From Hyphochytrium catenoides (Eukaryota > Protista > Hyphochytriomycota): a stretch of DNA of 64,000 nt. The notes beneath the pieces were generated by a model that was not told the origin of the DNA, made no database searches, and was given only the letters and a program-made list of their open reading frames with translations. Shown here one piece after another: positions 17,150 through 27,812 of the stretch. Position 1 is the first letter of the stretch. Each line of letters opens with the position of its first letter. Position numbers and translations under genes: made by a program. Location: NCBI GenBank assembly GCA_900088475.1, contig FLMG01004035.1:1-64000 (forward strand). Reading direction: 5' to 3'.

Positions 17150-18120
17150 ATATAGGTACATCTTTATAATCCATACAACTACCTAACACCTGTGAAGAAG
17201 ACCATACCGGTAAGGATGGGGAGGGAGAAGGAAACTACTAGGGAGTTGGCTGCAATCGTCATTTCTCTGACACCCACGAAGTCCGCCTACTACGCGATAT
17301 GACAAGAGAGCTTAGAGAAGAATAGCCTCTGCATGATCAATAAAGCCGAGCAAAGCACACAGGAGGCTCCCGATTCCCCCAACAGCCACACCAAGAACAG
17401 TCTGTTGGTCAAATACTGAAAAGGCATCTTCCAGCCAAGAACAGGTGTGTGAGGCTCCGGATCCTCAGTTGCCCCTCAAGGCACCTGTCTTTTCATTCAT
17501 CGCCGCTGTTTCTTCTTTCTCCCGCTATGAATGCCCTGACGTCGTGTTCTACGGCATTTATCTCTCTTTTTTGCGTAAGCTGGTGGTTGTCAACAAAGTA
17601 GTAGCGGTAAGAGTTCTGCCATAACCCGCAGATTGATTGACAAGTCTCCTGCTCCTCCACATTCAAGTGGGTCGCTTTATAGTATCTTCTTCCTCCATCT
17701 TCTTGTCATCATGGGCAATGATACCAACTACTGAAGACATTTTTGGAGCTGGCTGGCAGCAGCCCTTCAAAATTACCTTAGAAATGCTGCCTGCTTTGAA
17801 CAGAATGCGCGTGAAAACAACGAAGCAGCACCGTCTCAAGTGCTTTCCACACAGTTGCGACTGCATGGCGACCCCCAATCATACTTCTCTTATCCTTCCT
17901 CCCATCATGCATGCCAACCCGACGAAGAGTCCGTCCGGCACTTATGGACATCCGTTTCAGAGCTCCAGACCTTCTGAAAATTTTGACACTTTTCCCTTCA
18001 GCGTGCATGATCAAGGAGGCGCGAACACTGATCTAATAACCTTCCTAGCCCGTGGCCTCATCAACAACCATGAGCGTCAGCGACGTAACGACCCGGACGA
18101 AACTATGTGGCTTTCTATGG
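17150..18120 (-). mobile_element. Decayed Mutator-like (MULE) transposase remnant with stops and frameshifts
   Basis: Minus-strand motifs in MULE order: LTLMVVDEATG*EG (18048-18080), HAVATVW...LLRCFH (17811-17870), and in another frame LWQNSYRYYFVD...NAVEHDVRAFIAGERRN (~17496-17625). Weak SWIM-like Cys remnants near 17150-17300. No splice signals. Confidence 0.5.
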
Positions 18121-19310
18121 CTTTTATAATAAGCCAGAGCGGATCCTTCCGCCATCATCGTCATCGTCACCCACAAAGCCAGCGTTTACAAAGGCTGGAA
18201 GCTGTAAACTAAAGGAGGAGGAGGAAGGAGAAACGCGTTTGTCTGTCATCAATAATGGATCCCTATCATCACGGTGGCAGGCAGCAAGGGCCTCCGCTAG
18301 TAATGGCACACGGCCTGTATTTGCCAGTCTATTACCTACGGTTAAGAAATAGCGAATATAGTATGCAGATTCTGAAGTATTGAACAGCTAGAACATACAG
18401 GGGCAACTCCGTACAAGGAGAGCTCTCGTCCAAGCGTTTCTTATATAATATTAGACCTAAATTATCTTGACCCTTAACGCGAATACCTTAGGTTTAGCCA
18501 TCCTAAATACTTTGACAAGGAATTTTGGCCAATGGGAGAGCAGCAACGACCGATATTAGCCAATCATGGAGAAGGGCGGTTTTGGAACAATCTCTCAACG
18601 ACACTTACACACCTCTAGGCGGCTTAGGATGAGGTCACGCTTGAAAGAGTAACACCACCTGTGTTAGCGATAGAGGATAATCCTTGAGTGATAGACAGAG
18701 GGATATGTTTGATCTTTCTGGTTGTGGGCTCTGGGTGAGGGCACTTCCGCTCGACCCTTTTGTGAGACCAAAAAACAATGTAAGGGCGGCACTTCTTTGG
18801 ATCTGGGATATGGGCTAGTAAGGACAATAAGCAGACCGGCGGCATATTCTCAGGTTAGGATGGTTTGCCAGATGAACATTGGGCGAAAAGACCCAGAAGA
18901 CCAAAAATCCTGAAAATGAGGTTGTCGAGAAAGATCAGAAGACAGAGTCTGTAAAGAGGTTTTAGACCCAGGCACAACAACTAGGAATGAGCGTTTCCTG
19001 GACAGAGACAGAGTAAAGAAGAGATACCACTAGAGATAAGCTCCCGTGTCGTTCTCAGACCCATCTGAGACAGAAAGACCAAGGGGCAGGCAGGTCTGGT
19101 GCAAATCCTGCACAGTAATATACAGACATACAGATATCCATACATAATATCAAGGGCAGCGCCCACAATCAGCAACCGTCAAACGCGTTCTTTTTACCAG
19201 CGCATCACTGGCCTCTTCCCTTCCCTTTTGTACCAAGAACCAAGAGCCACGGAGAGTCAACATCAACATCTACCACCCTACTCTCTGATCTCTTCTTCTC
19301 CTCACGCAGT

Positions 19311-19311
<1 letters not shown>

Positions 19312-19356
<45 letters not shown>

Positions 19357-19425
19357 TCTCTCTTTCTCTCTCTCTCTCTCTCTCTGTCTTGCTCCCTTGC
19401 TCTCTTGCTCTTTCTCTCTCTCATG
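19312..19425. repeat. (CT)n microsatellite, intergenic
   Basis: Long perfect then imperfect CT run read directly. Confidence 0.9.
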
Positions 19426-20047
19426 TCTTCCTTTCTCAGACTTTCGTAGCTTTCTCCCTCTTTCTCTCATTTGCGGCGCTCTTTATACTCTGCTTATCTC
19501 TTTCTCTCTTTCTTGACTACTCTCCCTCTCCCTCTCCTTCTGCCTCAGTTCCTCTGCATAGCACACCGTCATCCTCTGCGCTCCAGACCCTCCCCTACCC
19601 TGTCGTTGTCCTCTCTTCCGTGTGAAGAGTCAGCGTCGAGGATGGACTGATGGATCTTCCTCTTGCTCCTCCTTCATTCACTGGGCATATTCGAGTCCTC
19701 ACGTTCTCTTGGAACGGTGGTTTCTCTCTTCCTGGTTGGTCTCTTACACAGCCAGGCCCTTTCTCTCCGTCTTGGTCCTCCTTGGAAGAGTAGTCATGGA
19801 GAAAGGCGCCTATCTCCCCGTGCTTCCTGCACAGAATACCTTCACCTGACGATCCGAAGCTCTTGCTTACATCACTTGACGTCTTGACGTTGCCATCCTC
19901 CTCACAAAACATTCTTCAATTCACCGATAACAGAACACATCGACTCAAACCTGCCAGATCCTATTGACGGCTTCCACCCGCAAGCTCTTTCCACTTTCAA
20001 TCTCTGTCATAACCTCTTCAGAAAGAAGAGAATCAGTCTAGAGCATC

Positions 20048-20851
20048 ATGGTCGCCGCAGCCTGCTTCCAGTGCGGAACTCCGTTCACCAACCCGGCAGA
20101 GAACTTCTGCCCCAAGTGCGGCACGCAGAAAGCCGGTGTCCCTACAGCTCCAGTTGTAGGTGCAGCTCCTCAGACGACCTTCGTCGTTCACGTGACGAAT
20201 GGCCCCGTCCAGCAGGCAGGCACTGACGCTTATGGCTACTTCAACCCGCAGAGCAGCTCCTGGAGATCTGGCATCTGCGACTGCTTCCAGTTCCCAGTGC
20301 CAAACTGCTTAATGACCTACTTCCTGCCCTGCATTACCTTCTCCCAGATCAACGCCAGACTAGGCCTAAGGACCTACCAGCAGTCGTTGTTGATCTCTTT
20401 TGGTGCGTGGGTCGGCCTGATCATCGGCGCAGGCATGTGGGGAGCTAGAAGCTGCGACTACGAAGTACGGACAAGCATCGTAAGTGGAGGTACAGTTTAT
20501 AGATCATACGGCAACTGTGACTATAATGTCGTCAACTTTATTGGTCTCGCTCTCTACTGGTTGGGCCTCATAGCGGTTCTTGTTGTCCTGACTCTACAAA
20601 GAGGAGCAGTGCGCACGGTTCTGGGGCTTCCAGGAAGCTCTTTTGAAGATTGCCTCTATTCTTGGTGCTGCGGATGCTGCTCGCTCAGTCAGCTGGCTAC
20701 CCAGGCTGGATCTTTCAAGCCAGGCTCATGTGAGTTCAACTCTCCGCCTGCATCAGGCAGCGTCGTTGGTGCCTCCCAGCCAGCATACACCGCAGCTGCT
20801 AGCCCAACCCCAGTAGCTCCTAGTGCTCCAACTGTGAGCAGCCAAGTTTAG
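20048..20851 (+). CDS. PLAC8-family Cys-rich membrane protein with N-terminal zinc ribbon; intronless
   Basis: CFQCG...FCPKCG zinc ribbon; WRSGICDCF...CLMTYFLPCITFSQINARLG; RGAVRTVLGLPGSSFEDCLYSWCCGCCSLSQLATQ (PLAC8 signature). Uninterrupted 267-aa ORF. Confidence 0.88.
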   Translation: MVAAACFQCGTPFTNPAENFCPKCGTQKAGVPTAPVVGAAPQTTFVVHVTNGPVQQAGTDAYGYFNPQSSSWRSGICDCFQFPVPNCLMTYFLPCITFSQINARLGLRTYQQSLLISFGAWVGLIIGAGMWGARSCDYEVRTSIVSGGTVYRSYGNCDYNVVNFIGLALYWLGLIAVLVVLTLQRGAVRTVLGLPGSSFEDCLYSWCCGCCSLSQLATQAGSFKPGSCEFNSPPASGSVVGASQPAYTAAASPTPVAPSAPTVSSQV

Positions 20852-21719
20852 GTCTTCCTTCCCATTCACAGACCGACGAAGCTGCGGTCTCCTTTTTCAC
20901 CCTTTTTTTATGAAAGTCTGCAGAGCCAGTGATAGTCATTGATGATGGAGCGTAGCTCTGCTTGTGTCTATTAATGCATTTTACCGTCACTGCTTCTTGT
21001 GCCTCTTTAGCGCCAGCCTTAACATCCCACGACAGTTCATACAATGATAGAGGGCGGAGCACCTTGCTGCGACCTGTGACGTTTTAAGTCCACGGTGGTT
21101 GACAAGAAGCCATGTTGGCCCAAATACTTCGGCGTTCTAGCCTTAGAGGCCGCCCAGGCAACAATAAGGATGTAACGACAAAGCACTGGAGAACGTAAAT
21201 TATCACTGGAGGGAGGGTAGTGCTTCCTCGCGTATAGGCTTGACCTTGGCTCTTAGGCTTGCCTTCTTCAGCTCCAAAGACCGATTGTGCTTGCTTGTGG
21301 AGGAAGTATCATTGTCTTACTGGAACTTCGTTATTCTTGTGCTGCCTTTTCAGTGCATGACGAGTCTGTACAGGGGCCCTAGGTACGGTCAGAAGGGCAA
21401 TTTGGGCTGGGCGAGGTCATTACTTTCTCTCTGCACCTGCCCGTTCATAAAAACACCTCTACAGCTGTCTTTCTGTATAGAAAAGCCCATAATTCCACCC
21501 TCTGTCCTCTGACAGCAGGAGCACTGTTCTGTTAGGAGAGTCCAAATGCAAGCCAAACTGTACGATAAGTCTCATCACCTCCATGGCCCCTTCCCTTCAG
21601 CAACAGTGAAGACTGCATTTTTCTGATTAATAGTTAGAGGAAGAGGCGGCAGTGGGGTGGTGGTCCTCACTGCATTAGATGAGTAGTGAAGCTACAGGCA
21701 ATGTACAGAAACAGAGACG

Positions 21720-24700
21720 CTAATCAGAGGACGCTCGGTCCGTAGCAGCAGCAGCAGGGGGGGAGGTTGCTTCTCCCGAGCTGTTGATGCTGGAGACAGG
21801 AAGGACAGTTCCCTCGTCGTTCCCTCTACTAGGAGAACGCGTAGGAGAGGAGGAAGACCACAGTATCTGTTGCATACGGCGCCGGCCACCACTAGATACG
21901 GGCGAGCCCTGCGGTGAACCTTGACTCTCGGCGGAAGGCAGGTCAACCATCCGCTCATCCTCTTCTGCTTCCGGTCTGACTTCCGTCGCTGCAGGCTCTT
22001 GGGTGGATTGCATACTTGGGGCGCTAGGCGTACTGGAAAAGTCATCTGTGCTCCTTCTCGGCTGTGCAGAGTTCTCCTTCCTTTCGAGAGACTCCCGTCC
22101 TGATTCCTCCATATCTGCTGCCTCTGAGCCCGGAACGGCGATGTCTTCTCCCCGCTCTTGCATCACCTCTTCATAACCTGGAAAGTTCAACCTCAACTTA
22201 GGGCACAGTCATAAAGTACTAGCAATAATAGACAAACAACAGTAGCATCGATCCCTTGGACGAGAGAGACAGAGACAGAGTATCTTAGACTCCTATGCTC
22301 AGCGCAAACGGTGGCGACCATGGACTCAGAGCACTCACTGGCACTATTTCTGGGACTGCTACTGCTGCCGGCTCGATGCCTTCGAGGACTTGTGGCTGGA
22401 GAAAAACGACTCTCACTCGCATTAGGGCTCGTGCTGCGTGCTTCCTGCCTTTGAGAACTTCCACTGGGAGATGAAGGGCCGCGACTAGGACTTTTGCTCG
22501 TAGGAGAGCTTCCACTCCAGGGCCGTTCTCCTTCCTTGCCTACCTCTTCTCCCTCTCTTTCTTTATGCTCCTCCTGCGAAGGGCTACCTGTCCTCTCTCT
22601 ATGTCGAAGGGGGCTACTACTGTTTGCGCTCGACTTACTGGAGGAGAAAGCCACGCTGAGTTGTTCTCGCTTCTCTTCTGTTGCAATGTGCGGTGAAGGT
22701 GATGCTGCACAGGAACACAGCGTGAGGTTTCACTTTCCGAAACGAAGGGCTCATCTCTTACCTGGAAGTCTCGGCGGGCTTGTACTGCCAGAGCGCGACC
22801 GTCGAGGACTATCGCGTTTAGGACTATTCTCAGGTCTCTGTGGGGAGGTCATGTTGGCCAAGTCTTCCCTTGCCTCCCCATCCTTTTCTCCTTCAAATCT
22901 TCCTCCTCCATCAGATGCATTTTCTGGTGTTGTCACCATGGGCGGGACACTACGATGCTCCTCACTGTTGCTCGTGCTCTGGGGGGACCCTGTAAGGCTT
23001 TCCTTCTGCTCTTCTTCTTGGTGCTTTGCCTCTTCTTGCTCCTGTGGCTGCTCATCAGGCGACCCAGGAGGGGACATGTACTCCATAATAGCTCTCACAG
23101 AAAGTCTCTGCTGGGAGGAGGTACTATCCCTATGGGCAGCTTCAATCTCCTCCAGCCGCTTCCCCTCGCTCTCGACAGCAGAAGGCCCTTCATTACTAAC
23201 TTGATTTACCGGGACTGTGGTTTCTTCCTTCTCCTCTCCTTCCTCCTCATCTTGCTCCAATTCCATAGTATCAAGTTGCTCTCCTGGTCCAAATGGCCAC
23301 TCCTCTTCGTCATCCTCTTCTTGAGCTCTCTCCTTGCTGCTATCTACCTGTGTCTCGGCTATGCTAGAAAGAGGAGGGACCAACTCAGAGTTCTTCGTCT
23401 CCTCCCGGTTGCCAGTAGGCAACCTCGCCTCCTCTAAGTGTTGAGCCTTCTGAACGCCTTGCAGTCCAGTAGCGCTCTCTGCTTTCGGGCTTGCGGCTTC
23501 TGCATCCTATGGGACAGGTTGTTAACGAGCGATATGGAAAGTCATTGTTTCCTTAACCTAAGCCCTCATAGTCCCGTCTACATTTCCTTCCCCGATCATC
23601 ATTCGTGCTACGCCTCTTCTCTGCTTTGAAGCCTAGCCATCTTTCTATGCTGACCTTGTACTCCCCAAGATTCCGCGACCCTGACTCTTCATCTTCGTCA
23701 TCGGAATCATCCGTGTCATCGTCATCCTCATCGTCCTCTCCGTCATCTGAGAGGAGAAACAACAGAGGATTGAGGGTTACGAGTTCATTGCGAAGAAGGA
23801 CTGTGCCAGAGACAGGTAGGGAGATAGACAAACAGATCACGTTTAGTAAGTAAGCTTCAAATAGTGCAATGGAACGCTTTTGGTCATGCCGCGAAGTTTG
23901 GTGTAGAGTACGTTCTGATTTGAAGATCTTTGCGGCACTGCGGACAAGAAGAAAGAGGAGGCAGGAGATAGCTCTTACCGCCTTCGAGGGGAAGGCTTTT
24001 GACCTCCCGATCCTCGGGAAGGGAAGGAACTTCCTCTTTCATGCAGAGGAAAAGTGTCAAATAGTCCTCAGAACCTCCCAATGCCCTAACAGATCTTTGC
24101 ATCGCCTCTGCGAGCCTTTTCTCCATTGTATCGACTTGCCGGTTCAATACCGCTGCGCGCTTGTCGAAAGCTGTGAGGGTGAAAGGTCAATGTTAATGGA
24201 GAACAAGTAACAACGGTCTCAGGAGCCAAGGCGCGGACAGCCTTTATACAGGCCTTGCGGTGAAGATGACGTAGTCTGAGGGCTAAAGAGCCTAAGCTGA
24301 GCACCGAGGAGCAACTGATCTTGACAAAACTAGACTGAGGGGTTGGTCAACAAGCTACCTTCTCCAGCGGCTTTGTCTGCCCCAGGCCCCATCTCCACGA
24401 CATGGTAAGCAGAAAGACGCTTCCAGATGTCTCTAAGAGAGCCAAAAGGCGTCGCAAAGTTTGGTCTAAAGCTTCTTACAAGGTCCGTCCGATATGCTTG
24501 ATGTAGTCTGCTGAAGATGGTTAGAGAAATATTTGGCTCGAAAGACCAGGTGAGCTAAGATGAGGGATTTAAATAGAAGAGAGACGGTGGGAGGGTGCTG
24601 GGGCAGCCAAAGAGGAGAAGGAAAGACAGTAAAGCAGTCAGAAATGTTCTCTCATGTAGGGAGAGAAGTGCTGACCTCTTTCGTCTCTTTAACCGCTCCT

Positions 24701-26037
24701 CAGGGTCTTCATCAGCTATTTTTGGCGTAACCCTTCCACTGGCTGGTCCTCTCTTCCCTCCTAATGAACGACCAGGCGAGCCAACTGAGCCCCTTCCTCC
24801 TTGGATCTTCGGTGATTTAACTGTCTTACTTCCTGATGTGTTGTTGGGGCTCTGTTTAGTCTTGCCCGGTAGCGAAACCGTGCGAGATACCACTGCCTTC
24901 GCGCCCTTAACTTTTCTATTCACCTTCATGATGGGCTTCTTGGTGCTATTCGCACCACCGACAGCCCCTGTCATTGGAGTCTTCTTGCCTGGCCCTTTCT
25001 TTCCTTCTCCTTTAGACTTCTTAGTGTTTGACTTTTCCTCGACGCTGCTCGCCTTCCCCACAGCAAGGGGGAGATCCGTGAAAGGCTTAGGGCTAGTTGA
25101 CTTAGGTGTTGCCACGCGAGAGACGCCCTTTTTTACCCCGGTGCCACCTTTCTGGGCGGCGACCTTTGCAGACTTCTTTGTTGGTGCTGACTTTGAAGGC
25201 TGCTTACTCACCAGGGGTGGGAAAGATGGCCCAGACGAAATTGGTGAAGCTGCGGGTGACTTATGCTGTGAAGGACCGCTCACGGCGGTCACACCCAGTT
25301 CTGATGGGCCTGGCTCTGACTCCCGGGGCGACGGCTCATCATCATGGATGATGGAGTCAAAAATAGTCATCATCTGACCTCCCCCTCCCCCTCCCCCTCC
25401 CTAGAGATAATCAAAAGGAAAGAGAAAGAGCCGAGTGAAGAGGGCAAATGAGAGACGACCCAGAAGTGGCATGTAGCAGCAACAGACCCGTATCACACAT
25501 TCTGACCGAGAGAATTGCTGGATAGGGCTACTAAGAAGTGAGAAGAATATGGAACGAAGACAAAAGGTATGGTTCTCAGTAAAGTGATTGGACTGAGAGG
25601 TAGGGTTATATGCGCACACTCGCAGAGGTGGCATGTAGTGCCTTCAGTTGTTCAGAACCAGTCAGCCGGTGGGCTTTTGGGCTTTCATATATGACCTCCC
25701 TCCAACTTACCGAAAAGCCAGAGCTCATGCCGTTGCGTCCAGGTAGGGAGAAGGTGTGAGAAGGCGAAAAGATGTTCCCACCGCTTGACTCCTGGCTAGA
25801 CAGCGCCACTATGAGAGAAAGGCAGAAACATAGCTATTAGTTCAGAAAATAGCAAAGACACGCTAGAGAACGACTCTTACTTCGGTCCTGTGAGCCCAGC
25901 ATGGGAGAAGAAACTCCCACACCTGTTGAGTGTCCGAAGCCGCCATGGAGGCTCATGGGCATGGGAATAGGAGCGGCAATTGGATCCAGGCCAAAGCTGT
26001 TCCTCGCGTCTAGGTGGCCCTCATCACCGCTATCCAT
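21720..26037 (-). CDS. Large low-complexity nuclear protein with a GLTSCR1/BICRA-like domain; multi-exon, start may lie up to ~26205
   Basis: An exon missing from the ORF track (24360-24510) reads RLHQAYRTDLVRSFRPNFATPFGSLRDIWKRLSAYHVV, matching the GLTSCR1 motif PD..TPF.S.EDA..RLLPYHV. It is followed by the helix AFDKRAAVLNRQVDTMEKRLAEAMQR. Flanking Lys-rich and acidic/Ser-Pro exons join at GT-AG sites. Confidence 0.68.
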
Positions 26038-26906
26038 GGTACTTCCACCCCTCTGAGCTTTCCCTTCACACCTTACGGCAGCTTAAGCAATCAGAATGTT
26101 GCTCTCCTGTCCCTAGACTAAAAGCTATTGTGCAAGATAGCGCGGGGTATGCACACCCCTTGTTGGCCTGTGAGTCAGAAAGGAGGAGGACGCCGCCCAT
26201 AACCATCTCGTGCTAACGTCATGTCCAGGCAACCAAAACCCTTTCGCCAGAGATGGACACACCCACTTATAAGCTGTCTGCCGGGCTCCTTTTGTCGCCA
26301 ACGGCTCTCAGGGTTGGAAGAGGCTCTGTGAGGCCCGGACTCGGGGAGTCTGCAGCCATCATTTGTCCCAAGAATCTCCCCCAAAACTCTTTCTGCAGAC
26401 AAAAGCTTCATCGCATGAAGGCCGTTAGCGGTAGTTTGAAATCAAAAACCGGTATGATGTTCAGTACGTGCTATTAAGAGTAGCTACCTACGCCTAGCCT
26501 CTAAAGGCAGATATTACTACGTTTGCAATTTGAAAAGATCAGTCCGATCTCTAATTCTTTGATGGTATAAAAGGAATTGGAACGCTTGTTTGCAAAGATC
26601 AGAAACGAGTCCAAGATGCTGATTTAGATTTGATACAGTAACTGTCAAAAGGAATCTTTCGTTTAATTCATCTCTGATCTCTCTACTTGATCTGGTGGTG
26701 GATGGAGACAACAGAACGGAGACCCAGGCTGCAGACTGAAGATGCAGACGAAGATTGCAGATGATGAAGCTTCAGACGTACGAGCATCGCTTCCTTTGAA
26801 GATACAGAAATCTTGAAAACTAAGTCCAGGTCTGAGTCGTTGGATTCCAGATCAGCCAGGGCACGGTGTACACTACACAGTCTTAGGATTCTATCGGCTA
26901 CAAATT

Positions 26907-27382
26907 ATGGCTCTTAGGTGAGAAAGTTGCTTGCTGAGATCTGAAGACTGCCCTCTCGCCTCCCACTAAAGCCACTCCTCTCTCTCATAGCTTTGTAAGG
27001 TCCCTCTTCAGTCCAATTTCAACCGTCCTTCCTTCCAGTCTCACACCAGCGCCAGCATGTTTTCAGGTCCCTGCCTTAGGGGTAAGTTTAGTTTATTGAT
27101 TTGCTGCTGCTGCAGTGGTAGCTGACTGCCTTAACTTTTTTATAGCCAGGAGGGTTACTAGGATCTGTCCGTTCAATGGGCAAGTATAAGCTCAAGACTC
27201 ATCAGTCCGTGAAGAAGAAGTTCTGGCGCACCGGCTCTGGGGCGCTGGTTAGAGCTCAATCTAACCGGAATCACAAGCTGTCGAAGAAGAACAGGCATCG
27301 CCTCAGCCGGTTAGGCAACACAGTCACAGTGATCGGACAACATCGGAAGAATATCCTTAGACTGATGCCTTACAGCAAATAG
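26907..27382 (+). CDS. MRPL35: Mitochondrial ribosomal protein L35 (bL35m), 3 exons, with targeting presequence
   Basis: Core KLKTHQSVKKKFWRTGSG..VRAQSNRNHKLSKK..RLSRL...ILRLMPY. Upstream exons splice in frame to give the acid-free leader MALSFVRSLFSPISTVLPSSLTPAPACFQVPALGPGGLLGSVRS. Confidence 0.9.
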
Positions 27383-27812
27383 TTAGATTCAATAACACAT
27401 ATTTAAGCCCCGCTTTGGACTGTCTGACCAGTTGAAGGGCTCCGGCTGTTTGACCATATCAGATGCGAAGGAGAGCTCTAGCCTTCGGTCGTGGCGCGCC
27501 CCACATTCTTTTTCAAGAGGAAAGCCGGGAGCGCTTGATAATCCTGACGGCGCTAGCAGTAGAACAAAGGTGCTTCAATTGAGACTCTACAGTCTCTTAC
27601 CTGCTCTTGCAGAGAGAGGACGAGAGAGGGTCCCTTGATTCATGATGGCATGGTTAGATTCACACCCTTTGTCAGAAGGAATTCGGAAGCGCTTCATAGG
27701 CCCTTCCTCACTAGCCGTAGAACCGAGGTGCCTTGATTGGAGATTCTAGAGTCTCATACCTTCTCGTGTAAAGCGAGGACAAGAGAGGAGTGCTGGACCC
27801 TTGACGGCATGG

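Noticed and set aside
22494-25377. Long plus-strand ORFs 22494..23204 and 24595..25377 (also 35711..36301 and 11154..11519)
   Set aside because: They are antisense shadows of low-complexity minus-strand exons, with no independent motifs or splice signals.
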